Of a stretch of 64,000 nucleotides of DNA, positions 19,094 to 29,898 are shown in pieces (position 1 is the stretch's first letter; each line of letters opens with the position of its first letter). The notes below the pieces were generated by a model that saw nothing but the letters and a program-made list of their open reading frames with translations, ran no database searches and was not told where the DNA came from. The translations under genes and the position numbers were made by a program. The DNA is from a virus: the IMG/VR virus record IMGVR_UViG_3300049847_000435, positions 1 through 64,000 of that record; one strand, given 5' to 3'.

Positions 19094-19477
19094 ATGATGA
19101 TCTCCGACACGACTGCCCAAGTCGCCTGCATAAGCGGAGCTATTCCCGTTCGCCTACGCGCCTATGACCACAATGGTCAATCCAGTGCGCTCGCATCGCC
19201 AGCGGGGACGAATGGGCACTTACTCAATCGCCAGGCGAGTTGGCTGGCGACATACGCGTGCAGTTTGGGGTTGCATCCATCCATGAGGTTCTTCACGACC
19301 TACATGATCGACGCGGGTGACAACCGCAGCCAGCAAGCATGTTTTGAATTCGAGTTTCGTTGGGTGGGCAGGATTGCTATCGCAATTCACTCGTCGCGAA
19401 CAATCCAACCCGCCAACTTGCGCCAGATTCTTGGTGGTGAAATCGATATTCTAGCAAAGGAGACTATCGCCGCGTGA
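19094..19477 (+). CDS. Hypothetical protein
   Basis: ORF in the operon. Confidence 0.45.
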   Translation: MMISDTTAQVACISGAIPVRLRAYDHNGQSSALASPAGTNGHLLNRQASWLATYACSLGLHPSMRFFTTYMIDAGDNRSQQACFEFEFRWVGRIAIAIHSSRTIQPANLRQILGGEIDILAKETIAA

Positions 19478-19995
19478 GATACAATTTACCGCCCCATTTA
19501 ATGAGTTTTGCGCTACCGCTACTTGCACGCGCCGAGGATGACATTGTTCGTGACTCAACCGGCAGGATTACGTTGAGCAAAATTATCACCAGCACGCCAT
19601 CGTCGGAAGAAAAGCTGGCAGCCTGTAAGCGGCGCATAGAATCAGGCTGGCAAATCCCTGCCATCTACGTAGAACGCTACTGGCTTTACAATCAAGATTA
19701 CTACGTGGTGGAGGATGGCAACGGAGGTGGGGACGGACCCTACCGAACGCTCGCCGCCATGCAATGCGGAAAACGCCTAATCCGGGCTTGCACCTACATC
19801 GAGCATTGGTGTAAGCCGAACCTGTATCGCGTCGATCCTGCCAAAGCGACATTGTGGCGACAGGTAGACGGCGATCTAAAACTCATTCAGTCAGAACTGA
19901 CTATCGAGCAAGTGCAAGCGCTAAAATTGCTCGGAGTCAGAACAATGAACTACAGCATAAGGAGACCCAACCATGACACTGTCCGAATATCTTGA
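19474..19995 (+). CDS. Putative ParB/Srx-like domain protein
   Basis: IPAIYV...YYVVEDG....DG.YRTLAAM. Confidence 0.4.
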   Translation: MRYNLPPHLMSFALPLLARAEDDIVRDSTGRITLSKIITSTPSSEEKLAACKRRIESGWQIPAIYVERYWLYNQDYYVVEDGNGGGDGPYRTLAAMQCGKRLIRACTYIEHWCKPNLYRVDPAKATLWRQVDGDLKLIQSELTIEQVQALKLLGVRTMNYSIRRPNHDTVRIS

Positions 19996-20536
19996 TTCTT
20001 GCCTGCGCACATGGGCGAACCGGGACGCGTCCCGGTTCGCCCATGTGCGCAATGCCGCTCTTGGCATTGCCGGTGAGACGGGTGAGATTATCGAGGTAGT
20101 AAAAAAGTTCCTGTATCACAATAAGACGGGCGATGAATGCAGAGTGCTCGCCAACGGCGAGATCGGCGATCTGTTTTACTATCTCATCGTCTATATGCAC
20201 GAACGCAAGTGCAAACTAGACGAGTTTGCTAAGGTTATGGGGGCGAACAGTGAAAGTTGGGCGGATATACAAGCCGCGGTAAGGATGCGGTCGAGAGATG
20301 GGGACGTATTTACGATGGCTATGAGTTTATCGATCCTGAGCGGAAAGCTATCAGCATTTACGATGAACCACATCTCATTCGGTGCCGACGATCCGAACGA
20401 AGGCACGACAATGGCTCACGTTCTGCGCACAGCGATCTTGATCGCCAATTTCTTTTCTCTTGACGCGGAAGGGATCGCAAAGCACAACGTCGAGAAGCTG
20501 AAGAACAGACACCCGCAAGGTTGGAAGGCTCTGTAG
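19973..20536 (+). CDS. MazG-like nucleotide pyrophosphohydrolase
   Basis: LGIAGETGE..EVVKK..YH, EIGDLFYY, NVEKLKNRHP.G. Confidence 0.85.
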   Translation: MTLSEYLDSCLRTWANRDASRFAHVRNAALGIAGETGEIIEVVKKFLYHNKTGDECRVLANGEIGDLFYYLIVYMHERKCKLDEFAKVMGANSESWADIQAAVRMRSRDGDVFTMAMSLSILSGKLSAFTMNHISFGADDPNEGTTMAHVLRTAILIANFFSLDAEGIAKHNVEKLKNRHPQGWKAL

Positions 20537-20691
20537 CCCCCAGGGGCGGATCAGCCGAGTGTTGGTCCGTCACCGGGGATGGCGCAAGCGATGGGATGCG
20601 CGCTTCGCCATTCTACCTAAAATCCCATCCACGCGGTTCGTCCTCTTCGGTGACGGGAATGCGGGTTTCTCGTCACCATCCCCGTGGGGAT
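20536..20691 (+). ncRNA. Candidate structured intergenic RNA
   Basis: Several 8-10 bp helices, a pseudoknot and mutually exclusive pairings. Confidence 0.45.
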
Positions 20692-20717
20692 ACTATATAT
20701 GATTGGGAGGTGTAATC

Positions 20718-21017
20718 ATGACGGAAAGTCATGCTGTTGAAATTCCAGAATCCCTTTTGCTTATTCTTGCCAGTCGCGGCAATATGGGCGATGGGAAAAT
20801 CCCATACACAATGCAATGCTGGGCGGAACAAGAGTGCAAGCGGCTCGGACTTACGGAGAAGGTTCTTCAAGAGAAAGCGAGAAATTACGCCGAAGTCAAA
20901 GTGCGGGCAAAGGCGATCTTGGGCACCAGTACGGTGGATGAAGTCGAGAAAAGAGTATCGGCAATCACGAATAATTTCATGGCTGTAGAAGAACGCATGA
21001 AAGCGAATGGGAAATAA
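20718..21017 (+). CDS. Hypothetical protein
   Basis: GGAGGT RBS. Confidence 0.55.
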   Translation: MTESHAVEIPESLLLILASRGNMGDGKIPYTMQCWAEQECKRLGLTEKVLQEKARNYAEVKVRAKAILGTSTVDEVEKRVSAITNNFMAVEERMKANGK

Positions 21018-21429
21018 GGAGACAAAATTGTACCAACAACTGACAATCGTCGGCAGGTTAGGTAACGACCCAGAGCTACGCTACACGCCTGGCGGCACGC
21101 CCGTTTGCACGTTTAATGTCGCCACAGATCGGGCGTGGAATAACGACCAGGGGCAAAAGCAGCAGGAAACCACATGGCACCGCGTCACCGTCTGGCGCAA
21201 GCACGCCGAGGTCTGTGCTCAGTATTTGAGTAAGGGGAAAATGGTTTTAGTTACTGGCACCGTCAAGGCGCACGGATTCACCAGCCGAGACGGGCAGATC
21301 GCCGCGTCGCTGGAAGTGACCGCCGACCAGGTGAAGTTTCTGAGCGGGTCAAACAAGGACGCCGAAATGCAGGGTGGGCAACCGCAACCGAGTGGCGAGC
21401 CGGTCAACGAGGAGGACATTCCGTTCTGA
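21007..21429 (+). CDS. ssb: Single-stranded DNA-binding protein
   Basis: GRLGNDPELRYTPGG, TTWHRVTVW, YLSKG, C-terminal DIPF. Confidence 0.95.
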   Translation: MGNKETKLYQQLTIVGRLGNDPELRYTPGGTPVCTFNVATDRAWNNDQGQKQQETTWHRVTVWRKHAEVCAQYLSKGKMVLVTGTVKAHGFTSRDGQIAASLEVTADQVKFLSGSNKDAEMQGGQPQPSGEPVNEEDIPF

Positions 21430-21728
21430 TGAAAGCGATCACACTTACCCAGCCACAGGAGGCACTGGTCGCTATCTCCATCAGTGGCGAATTTAATGCC
21501 GAAACAATAAACAAGTTCCGCTTGGTCACAGACGAAGAGTATGCAAAGGCGATGCTTGCCGATGCGATCCTGTCGGGCGAAGTGACTGTCAATGTCTCCA
21601 TGATGAAAATCGGCGGATATGACGTGAAGGTTATGTCATGCAGTTTATGTCGAGATATCGAGATCGTAGTTGACGGCTGCGAAGCACGAGTGCTTGATAA
21701 ATTCATTGAGGCTCAACTAAAAATATGA
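21429..21728 (+). CDS. Hypothetical protein
   Basis: Coupled to ssb. Confidence 0.5.
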   Translation: MKAITLTQPQEALVAISISGEFNAETINKFRLVTDEEYAKAMLADAILSGEVTVNVSMMKIGGYDVKVMSCSLCRDIEIVVDGCEARVLDKFIEAQLKI

Positions 21729-22066
21729 AACACCGAAAACGCCTTAGACTCGACTGGTACAAGAAACCGGCGAAGCGCAGGATCAAGTTGTGGCAGCGAC
21801 CGGAATTCAACATCGACACTCATGTCACCAATGGAAACTTCAAGATGTCTATCAATGGCGCGGAATTGTTGTCGCTAAGGATGGAGTCGTCATTGAAACG
21901 CGGAGTAAGCACGATTGCGGTGGATATGGACGGGAACGTCTATGTAGACTATTCCCGTCCATTTACCTTTGCCGACCCGAAAAGATTAAACGAGGTCGGC
22001 ATTTTGGCGAAAGCACTTAACGTGACAACGGAGCAGATGATCGAAGGGACTTACACCCACACATAA
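21725..22066 (+). CDS. Hypothetical protein
   Basis: Coupled ORF. Confidence 0.5.
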   Translation: MKHRKRLRLDWYKKPAKRRIKLWQRPEFNIDTHVTNGNFKMSINGAELLSLRMESSLKRGVSTIAVDMDGNVYVDYSRPFTFADPKRLNEVGILAKALNVTTEQMIEGTYTHT

Positions 22067-22090
22067 ACAGAATAAGCTTTGCTAGAAGGC

Positions 22091-22128
22091 AACGTCCAAA
22101 ATTAAAAAAATTTTGGACGTTTTTATTT
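22091..22128 (+). terminator. Intrinsic terminator
   Basis: AACGTCCAAAATT/AATTTTGGACGTT stem plus T-tract. Confidence 0.6.
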
Positions 22129-22159
22129 CTCCAAAACTCGTATAATTCTTCTCGTAAAA

Positions 22160-22210
22160 TGTAGTCTAACCTACATAAAAACGCTCTAAATCAGCTATAC
22201 TATAAATACA
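22160..22210 (+). promoter_or_regulatory. Repeated activator-type promoter, copy 3
   Basis: TGTA-N8-TACA-N20-TATACT-ATAAATACA. Confidence 0.75.
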
Positions 22211-22278
22211 AAAGTAGTCGTATAATTTATCCTTATACGTAGCAATATTATACGAAGTCAAAAGGGGAAAAGTGGCAC

Positions 22279-22683
22279 ATGGATGCAGTAGTTTACGTCG
22301 TTGAACGCCAACCGCTTGAGTATTCAGGCGGATACCTAGAGAGCGACAATGATTTCATCCGCAACAACCAAGATATCGCCGTCGAGCTTCTGGAGAATGG
22401 AAATTCTCCAGAATACCCTTACAGTCGAGCGAGCTTGATACTCATTAATAAAGTAGAGTCGATAGCGAGGCGAGTCGTGCTGGAGGAGAAGAGTCTTCGT
22501 TGGTTCGTAATGGGAATGGGTGTGTGGTTTTTCGTTGACGCGCGCGGCAGTCATCACGATTCGAGAAAGACGATACCCGCAATTGGAGAACTCGAAGACT
22601 TGATGGCGGAATGGGATGCTTATATTAAACTTTCTGGCGAGCCGATGCGAATTAATAAGCGGGGCAAAAAATTTACAGATTAG
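22279..22683 (+). CDS. Hypothetical protein
   Basis: First ORF after the promoter; RBS present. Confidence 0.55.
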   Translation: MDAVVYVVERQPLEYSGGYLESDNDFIRNNQDIAVELLENGNSPEYPYSRASLILINKVESIARRVVLEEKSLRWFVMGMGVWFFVDARGSHHDSRKTIPAIGELEDLMAEWDAYIKLSGEPMRINKRGKKFTD

Positions 22684-22726
22684 TAATACGCAGCGAGATG
22701 GCTCGTGAACGGGGAGATAACTGACG

Positions 22727-22936
22727 ATGACCTACAGCATTCTCGACTTCAATCTTTGCATCAAGAAGGCGAATTTTAAGACGCTCGCCAGCGCTGCCCG
22801 TCGTGCCATTTCGGACTTCGACCAATCCAAAGTTTGGTTCATCGAAGATGCCTCTGGCGAAATACAGGCGATTGTTCACTGTTCGCAAGTTTGGATATCG
22901 ACGCCATTGGCTAGTGTAAAAGACATGGCTCGGTAA
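22727..22936 (+). CDS. Hypothetical protein
   Basis: GGGGAG RBS. Confidence 0.5.
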   Translation: MTYSILDFNLCIKKANFKTLASAARRAISDFDQSKVWFIEDASGEIQAIVHCSQVWISTPLASVKDMAR

Positions 22937-23016
22937 AAGTTAGAACGACAGGATCAATTAGCGCAAAAGGAGGAAAAGCACCGATTCAGGAATGGCGGAG
23001 AGCGAAAGCGGCGAAG

Positions 23017-23067
23017 TGTTCGGGAGCATACCGGCGTTGCAAGCCGGAGGGCTGGTTCGACTCCAGC
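23017..23067 (+). ncRNA. tRNA-like fragment (anticodon arm and T arm, no acceptor stem)
   Basis: CCGGC-GTTGCAA-GCCGG then GCTGG-TTCGACT-CCAGC. Confidence 0.4.
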
Positions 23068-23881
23068 ATACGTGGCTCAGGTATCCATAAATCCTACCAA
23101 AGCCCGCCAGGCATTATTTTATTCGATTCAACCAAAAGCAGGGGGAACCATGAACCAGAACACAACTAGTAAGCCCGTAGAAGAGATTAAAGTAAAAGAG
23201 ACAATCGAGGTCTGGAAGCCGAAAGGCAAATAGCAATCATACATCTTCCAACGTGTGCGGCGCGTAGGCGTCGTCAAGGTAAACGGTCGGCAGGATGACC
23301 GCTACAACGCGATTGGAGTTTCTCCTCCTTGTGAGTCTGGGTGAGAGGGAGGGCTTTCACCCAGATAAATTTTCAGTAAAAGGAAAAATCATGAACGTAG
23401 GCGATAGCGTAGTTTGGATTCAGGTGAAGTCATACGGAAACAAAAGAGAATTGAGCAAGCGCGAAGGCATCATCACCGATATATCCGGCGACAAGGCAAC
23501 TGTCACGCTCACCGGCTACGCGTCAAGTACGTCGGTTGTCGCAATCTCCGATCTAAAACTAAAGAGCCAGGACACGCCAATGTCTATCTTGGAGTTTGCA
23601 GTTTCCCGTTTCGGGGCGAGTGCCCAGTGACGCCGATGTACACCTATCTTTGCAATGATGGCGTATGGCGTACGCGCTGCGCTCATCACATCGCAAAGAA
23701 CTCGTCGCTTGCGCCGCGCCGGTATCCCGGCGATCATCCTGGCGAGGCGGTGCAGGAATTCGTCGAGACGGAATTGGTGAGCGGTAAGCGGGTGACGAAA
23801 AAGACACCCATGTTTTACAAAGAAGAGAGCGAGATAGGCTGCCCGGTGTGCCGGGCTTTGTGAAGTAAGGAAGGGAGTGGT

Positions 23882-24877
23882 ATGGGTGAAAATACAAAGA
23901 TCGAATGGGCGCATCACACATTTAATCCGTGGATGGGCTGCACGAAGGTGAGTGAAGGCTGCAAGCACTGTTATGCAGAGCAGCAAATGGATAAGCACTA
24001 TAAGAAGGTGCAGTGGGGTACATCCGGCAAGAGACTTCGCACATCCAAGGACAACTGGCGTAAGCCTATCCAGTGGAATAAGTGGGCGAAAGAGCGCGGT
24101 ATCCGCTATCGTGTTTTTTGCGCTTCCTTGGCTGATGTTTTCGAGGACAAACCCGACCAGCCGGAGATGGATGATTGGCGAGCCGATCTCATGCGGTTGA
24201 TCTCTGCCACGCCGAATCTCGACTGGTTACTGCTGACGAAGCGACCAGAGAACGTAATCTCAAAAATCAACAAGGCGATTAAGCTGATTTCCTCCGATGA
24301 TAACGCTGCCGATTTGATGGTGGCGATGGAGTGGCTAGGCTGGGTAAAGCATGGATCAGACTACGCCCTACCAAACGTCTGGATCGGCACTTCGGTCGAG
24401 AATCAAGAGGCGGCAGATAAACGCATTCCCGAACTGCTGAAAATCCCGGCAAAGGTGCGATTTCTGAGTATGGAACCACTATTAAGCAATGTAGACATCG
24501 GGCATGACCTAGTTCCGTCGTTCGCATCTGACGATCCTCGCCACTTTCCGAAACGCAACGGCATCGAGTGGGTTATCGCTGGCGGCGAGTCTGGTAGTCA
24601 TGCCCGACCCATGCACCCCGATTGGGTACGGTCAATTCGCGATCAATGTGTAACCGCTGGCGTTCCGTTCCTATTCAAGCAGTGGGGCGAGTACGGTCCC
24701 CAAAACGATCTAGTGCCCGACACTTCTGAAATCAAGGAGAAATTCGTCACGGTGAGCCCGAAAGGGTTTACCGGAAAAAGCTGTGAATATCCTGTGGCAA
24801 TAGGGATGTGGCGAATAGGAAAGGCGCGGTCAGGTCGTCTTCTCGATGGCGTCGAATGGAATCAATTCCCGGTATGA
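23882..24877 (+). CDS. DUF5131 / phage Gp37-Gp68 family protein
   Basis: TKIEWAHHTFNPWMGCTKVSEGCKHCYAE, LLLTKRP, WVIAGGESG, FKQWG. Confidence 0.92.
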   Translation: MGENTKIEWAHHTFNPWMGCTKVSEGCKHCYAEQQMDKHYKKVQWGTSGKRLRTSKDNWRKPIQWNKWAKERGIRYRVFCASLADVFEDKPDQPEMDDWRADLMRLISATPNLDWLLLTKRPENVISKINKAIKLISSDDNAADLMVAMEWLGWVKHGSDYALPNVWIGTSVENQEAADKRIPELLKIPAKVRFLSMEPLLSNVDIGHDLVPSFASDDPRHFPKRNGIEWVIAGGESGSHARPMHPDWVRSIRDQCVTAGVPFLFKQWGEYGPQNDLVPDTSEIKEKFVTVSPKGFTGKSCEYPVAIGMWRIGKARSGRLLDGVEWNQFPV

Positions 24878-25437
24878 AAACCTACCAACTCATCTACGCT
24901 GACCCCGCCTGGTACTATAATGATAAATGCCATTCTGGACAGAGAGGGGCGGGCTACAAATACCCTTGCATGACACTTAACGATATCTGCAACCTACCTA
25001 TACCAGATATAGCCGCTGAAAATTGCCTATTGGCGATGTGGTGGGTGCCTCCTATGCCAGAGGAGGCGATCCGCGTGGTTAACGCTTGGGGATTCAAGCT
25101 AAAGACAATGTGCGGATTTACGTGGCATAAGACCACGAAGAACGGGCACCGTCATTTCGGCATGGGAAACTGGACGCGTGCCAACGCCGAGAATTGTTTG
25201 TTTGCAGTGCGTGGCAAACCAAAGCGAGCCAGCGCTGCGGTATCGCAAATGATCGTCGCGCAAGTTCGCCAGCATAGCCAAAAGCCCGATGAAGCCAGGG
25301 ATCGACTTGTGCAATTGATGGGCGATGTGCCCAGGCTAGAAATGTTCGCCAGGGAAACGACGCCGGGATGGGATGTTTGGGGAAATCAGGTAGATGGATC
25401 GATTGAGATTCCAGCTATGGAGATGTTTGCGAAATGA
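24874..25437 (+). CDS. MT-A70 family adenine methyltransferase
   Basis: YADPAW, FGMGNWTRANAE, HSQKPDE, LEMFAR, GWDVWGN. Confidence 0.92.
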   Translation: MKTYQLIYADPAWYYNDKCHSGQRGAGYKYPCMTLNDICNLPIPDIAAENCLLAMWWVPPMPEEAIRVVNAWGFKLKTMCGFTWHKTTKNGHRHFGMGNWTRANAENCLFAVRGKPKRASAAVSQMIVAQVRQHSQKPDEARDRLVQLMGDVPRLEMFARETTPGWDVWGNQVDGSIEIPAMEMFAK

Positions 25438-25865
25438 CCATCACGTCACTGCTCATCATCGCCGCCATTATTCTTTTTATCAATCGCAATCTAATCACCC
25501 ATGCTTACCGCCATCGCCACGCCATCTCCAACACCGTCAGTGGTGTCGTCATTCACGTCGTTGACGGTGACACAATCAAGGTCGCCATTGATGGACGCGT
25601 CGAAACCGTCCGCTACATCGGCGTCAACACTCCAGAGATTGGCGAGCGCGGATACAAAGATGCAACCGAAACTAATCGCAGGCTCGTAGAAGGTAAACGC
25701 GTACGCATGGGGTCAGACAAGCAAGACACTGACAAGTACGGACGAAAGCTCCGCTATGTCTGGGTAGGCAAGAAACTCGTCAATCGAGAGTTGTATCGGC
25801 AAGGGGTAGCAAAGCTAATGATCATCGAACCGAACACGAGACGCATAGGGGAGATTGCATCGTGA
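25434..25865 (+). CDS. Thermonuclease (SNase) family, membrane-anchored
   Basis: VVDGDT, VRYIGVNTPE, DKYGRKLRYV; N-terminal hydrophobic segment. Confidence 0.9.
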   Translation: MTITSLLIIAAIILFINRNLITHAYRHRHAISNTVSGVVIHVVDGDTIKVAIDGRVETVRYIGVNTPEIGERGYKDATETNRRLVEGKRVRMGSDKQDTDKYGRKLRYVWVGKKLVNRELYRQGVAKLMIIEPNTRRIGEIAS

Positions 25866-26899
25866 CGAACGAACTCGTCCCGCTCTCGCCAACTCTGGCA
25901 TTGGTCGGACTCGCCGCCAATGAAGCAGCGTCCGCTTTTTCGTTTGGCGACTATGTTCGCCGAAAAAGCAAAAACACGGTCAAAAATCAGCGCGTCGATC
26001 TGGCATCGTTCGCCGAATACCTGGCAGTCATCGGCATTGCTACCACCGCCGATGACCTACAGTCCACCGCCGTCGCCTGGAAGGGGATTTCATGGGGCGT
26101 TGTCTCCGGTTTCGTGCAGTGGGCACTGCAAAATAGTTTTGCTACCGGCACGATCTCGCGCCGACTCTCCACGATAAAAGTCTACGCGGCAATGGCGATG
26201 CAAGCGGGTGCAATCCCGCCCGAAGAGTACACAAAAATGCAGACAGTTCACGCCTACGCGGGCAAAGAGGCGGATCGCATCGACCAGCGCCGCGTGGACA
26301 CTGGTGTCGCAGTGCGCAAGGGTACGAAAAAGTCAGAGGCGACCGAGATTAACGACGAGCAGGCAGCACGTCTCAAGAGTCACCCAGATACGCCACAGGG
26401 GTTGCGGGATCGGCTACTGATGTGCCTACTACTAGATCACGGCCTACGCGTAGGTGAGGTCGCATTGCTCACGCGCAAGAATTTTATCAAGAAGGGAAAG
26501 ATCAACTTCTATCGCCCCAAGGTCGATCTTTGGCAAACTCACCTATTGAGTGCAGATGTAAAGGCGGCGCTCGTCGCGTACATGGCATCACCCGGCAATG
26601 GCTCGACAGATGAGGAGATGCCGATCTTTCGCGCTACAGTGCGCAGTAAGAATTTACACAATCCAGGCTACACCGAACGCGCTATCCAACACCGAGTTAA
26701 GGCGCTGGGTGAAGCTATCGGGCTATTCGATTTATCACCACATGATTGCCGACATTACTGGGCAACCAAAACCGCCCAAATGGTTGAGGATGGGAAAATT
26801 AGTCTACTCCGCCTGCAAGAGGCTGGCGGCTGGAACTCGCTCAATATGCCGCGCAGGTATGTGAAGCGTGCTGAGATTAGCAACAAGGGGATCGTGTGA
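25862..26899 (+). CDS. Tyrosine recombinase, Cre-like
   Basis: GLRVGE, HDCRH, AGGW, catalytic Y in RRYV. Confidence 0.85.
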   Translation: MTNELVPLSPTLALVGLAANEAASAFSFGDYVRRKSKNTVKNQRVDLASFAEYLAVIGIATTADDLQSTAVAWKGISWGVVSGFVQWALQNSFATGTISRRLSTIKVYAAMAMQAGAIPPEEYTKMQTVHAYAGKEADRIDQRRVDTGVAVRKGTKKSEATEINDEQAARLKSHPDTPQGLRDRLLMCLLLDHGLRVGEVALLTRKNFIKKGKINFYRPKVDLWQTHLLSADVKAALVAYMASPGNGSTDEEMPIFRATVRSKNLHNPGYTERAIQHRVKALGEAIGLFDLSPHDCRHYWATKTAQMVEDGKISLLRLQEAGGWNSLNMPRRYVKRAEISNKGIV

Positions 26900-27159
26900 G
26901 CGAGCCAACTATCACGGATGGGCACGACCCGCAATCGGTAGCGCTGAATCTGGGCAATCCCGAAACTATCGGCGATTTAACCGATTACGTCGGCATTACC
27001 CTCACGTCTGAACAAGAGAAGATACTGCGCGCCGAGTGTCATCGGCGATACGGACAAGCGTGGCTTTTCGGTATCGAACCGGATGGCGATTTATTTAGAG
27101 TCGTTCAGTTAACGGTAAAGCCGACCTCGTTGATTACGGCAGGCAAAGGAGTGTAACTC

Positions 27160-28032
27160 ATGGCAACAAAAACCAGTAGTTTTGGAACGGGCAAGCGCGA
27201 GGGACATAGCGCCGCCGCCTTCTATAACCGACAAATGTTCTCTGTAGTAGAGAATCCTACAGCCATGCAGTCGCTCACTACATCACCGGTTGAGCAGGGA
27301 AGCGAGTGGATGGATAGAATTTACAATACATCTTCTGAGCACATGCGTGAAGTCCCAAGTAGCTCAGTAGGATTGTCTTTTACGTCACCGCCATACAACG
27401 TCGGTAAGGAATACGAGGGCGATTTGGGCATGGATGATTATCTTGATTTGGTCGAGAATGTAGGGCGAGAAGTGTATAGGTCACTCGTGCCCGGCGGTCG
27501 CTACGTAATCAACGTTGCTAATCTCGGACGAAAACCATACATCCCGCTTCATTCACTCTTCTACCGGATACATCAGGGGATTGGCTTCTTGCCGATGGGT
27601 GAAATCATCTGGCAAAAAGGTAAAGGAGCTAGCGGGAGTTGCGCTTGGGGCAGTTGGATGAGCGCTAAATCTCCCAGATTGCGGGACCTGCACGAATATC
27701 TCCTAGTATTTGCAAAGGATTGTTTTGGAAGACCGGACAAGGGCATCAGCGATATCGGTCGTGATGATTTCATGGACTCAACACTATCAATCTGGAATAT
27801 TAGACCGGAGTCAGCGAAGAGAGTGGGTCATCCTGCACCATTCCCGATTGCCCTAGCTGAGCGCGTTATTAAACTTTACTCTTACGTAGGCGATACCGTC
27901 CTTGACCCTTTCTCTGGCTCTGGAACGACTTGCGTTGCCGCCAAGCGGAACGATAGGCATTTCGTCGGGTATGACGTTTCTGGGGAGTATTGCCAACTAG
28001 CGGAAGATCGACTATCGGAGCAATTATTATGA
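27160..28032 (+). CDS. Beta-class N4-cytosine/N6-adenine methyltransferase
   Basis: [23 protein letters not shown]. Confidence 0.92.
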   Translation: MATKTSSFGTGKREGHSAAAFYNRQMFSVVENPTAMQSLTTSPVEQGSEWMDRIYNTSSEHMREVPSSSVGLSFTSPPYNVGKEYEGDLGMDDYLDLVENVGREVYRSLVPGGRYVINVANLGRKPYIPLHSLFYRIHQGIGFLPMGEIIWQKGKGASGSCAWGSWMSAKSPRLRDLHEYLLVFAKDCFGRPDKGISDIGRDDFMDSTLSIWNIRPESAKRVGHPAPFPIALAERVIKLYSYVGDTVLDPFSGSGTTCVAAKRNDRHFVGYDVSGEYCQLAEDRLSEQLL

Positions 28033-29111
28033 AAAAGAAATTCTCAATTACGGACGAAATAGCCTTAATCAACACCTTTTTTAAATCGCACAGACTACCC
28101 GCCTACGTGCCGAACACCGATACGAACGTCGTGCGCGCTGGGAAGTCCTTCATATCGCTTGGTATCAAGCTCGGCGATGGGGCACGCATTTCTGCAATTG
28201 AATCCCGCTTGCGCGAGATGTCCGAAGTGCTCAGCGAAAGCCGAGGGGAAGCGACACCCGTTCGTCTACGTAATTTGCCACTACAGTTAGAAATCCCCCA
28301 CCCAGAACGGCAGCCTATCCTGTGGGACAACCCAGACGTGGCGGAGCACTCCGCCGCACTCGGCAAGTCGTTCGGCTACAAGGGTGAGCAATTGGAAATC
28401 CTCAACTTTGAAGCAACCCCGCACGTGCTCATTTCGGGCACTACCGGAAGCGGGAAAAGCACGTTACTGCAGGTCTTGCTCACAAGCCTATGTCAATCAA
28501 CGCCGCCCAGTGAATTGCGACTAGTGCTAATCGACATGAAGAACGAAGACCTGCCACCCTTCGCAAGGTTGCCCCACGTCCAAGAGATCGCCACTACCGG
28601 CGAGTCAGCGGCAAGACTTTTGACGTGGGTACGCGATGAAAAGGATCGCCGCGTTGCGACTGGTGGCAAAAAGCATCAACGCATCGTATTGGTCATCGAT
28701 GAACTGGCGGAATTAACCAGTACACTCAAAGAACAGAATGTAAAACCTAGCGTCTTTGGCTCAATCCTGGCGATTGGTCGCAGCAAATCGATCAACGTCA
28801 TTGCCGCCACACAAAAGCCACTGGCGTCAATTGTCGGTAGTGTTGCCAAGTCAAACTTTCCGCTTCGCTTAGTCGGACGCGTACTGTCCGCCGATGATGC
28901 AAAAGTCGCAGCAGGGCAAAGTGGAACCGGAGCCGAATACCTGCCGGGGAAAGGATCGTTTCTCTATGTGGACGGTGCCGAAGTTCGCCGATTTCAGTCT
29001 TATCTAATTCCAGACATCCAACGGCAAGCGTCATTAGCTGCCGACCGATGGATAGAACAAGCGCCGCTACCGTGGGTTTCGGTTGGCGCATTAACAAATG
29101 AGGAGAGGTAG
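28029..29111 (+). CDS. FtsK/SpoIIIE-domain ATPase
   Basis: [30 protein letters not shown]...I..ATQKP. Confidence 0.9.
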   Translation: MKKKFSITDEIALINTFFKSHRLPAYVPNTDTNVVRAGKSFISLGIKLGDGARISAIESRLREMSEVLSESRGEATPVRLRNLPLQLEIPHPERQPILWDNPDVAEHSAALGKSFGYKGEQLEILNFEATPHVLISGTTGSGKSTLLQVLLTSLCQSTPPSELRLVLIDMKNEDLPPFARLPHVQEIATTGESAARLLTWVRDEKDRRVATGGKKHQRIVLVIDELAELTSTLKEQNVKPSVFGSILAIGRSKSINVIAATQKPLASIVGSVAKSNFPLRLVGRVLSADDAKVAAGQSGTGAEYLPGKGSFLYVDGAEVRRFQSYLIPDIQRQASLAADRWIEQAPLPWVSVGALTNEER

Positions 29112-29328
29112 AGTTTCGCCATACCCAATCAATCAGGAGGTGAGTCTTGAGATTTAAATATTGCGCAAATCCAGATTGCAGAAAAGAAATCTATCCGGGT
29201 CGAGAAATTGTGCATAAGAGAAAAAACTACTGTTGCATCCCCTGCTACAAAGGTCCAGAACTCGAAGAGCGCAGACGTAAGGCAAGGATCAAAAAGAATA
29301 AGTAATCCCGCAAGAGAAAAGGAAAACT

Positions 29329-29883
29329 ATGCTAAAAAACGACACATGGATACGCACGATGGCGACCGAGCAAAAAGTGATCGAGCCGTTTGTAGATAGG
29401 CAGGTGAGATCGGGCGTTATCTCCTACGGGCTAAGTAGCTTTGGCTACGACATCCGCGTAGCGCGTGAGTTTCGCATCTTTTCGGCATCCACTGGCGAAT
29501 TGACCGTAGTGGACCCTAAGAACTTTGACGAGCGCGCATTGGTTCCGTTCGAGGGTGACGTGTGCATTATTCCACCCAACAGCTTTGCGTTATCGCGCAG
29601 CGTCGAATACTTTCGGATGCCACGCAACGTCATGGGGCTGTGTCTCGGAAAAAGCTCATACGCCCGCGTGGGGATCGTGACGAACTTCACACCCTTTGAA
29701 CCGGGATGGGAAGGTCACGTCACGATTGAGATATCAAACACGACACCCTTGCCCGCTAAGGTTTACGCCAACGAAGGCATCGCCCAGGTGCTCTTTTTCG
29801 AGGGCGAACAGCCAGAGGTCTCCTATGCCGACAGGCACGGGAAGTATCAGGCGCAAACGGGGATTACGCTGGCGAGGGTATGA
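29329..29883 (+). CDS. dcd: dCTP deaminase
   Basis: [41 protein letters not shown]. Confidence 0.95.
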   Translation: MLKNDTWIRTMATEQKVIEPFVDRQVRSGVISYGLSSFGYDIRVAREFRIFSASTGELTVVDPKNFDERALVPFEGDVCIIPPNSFALSRSVEYFRMPRNVMGLCLGKSSYARVGIVTNFTPFEPGWEGHVTIEISNTTPLPAKVYANEGIAQVLFFEGEQPEVSYADRHGKYQAQTGITLARV

Positions 29884-29898
29884 CAAAAGGGAGAAATC

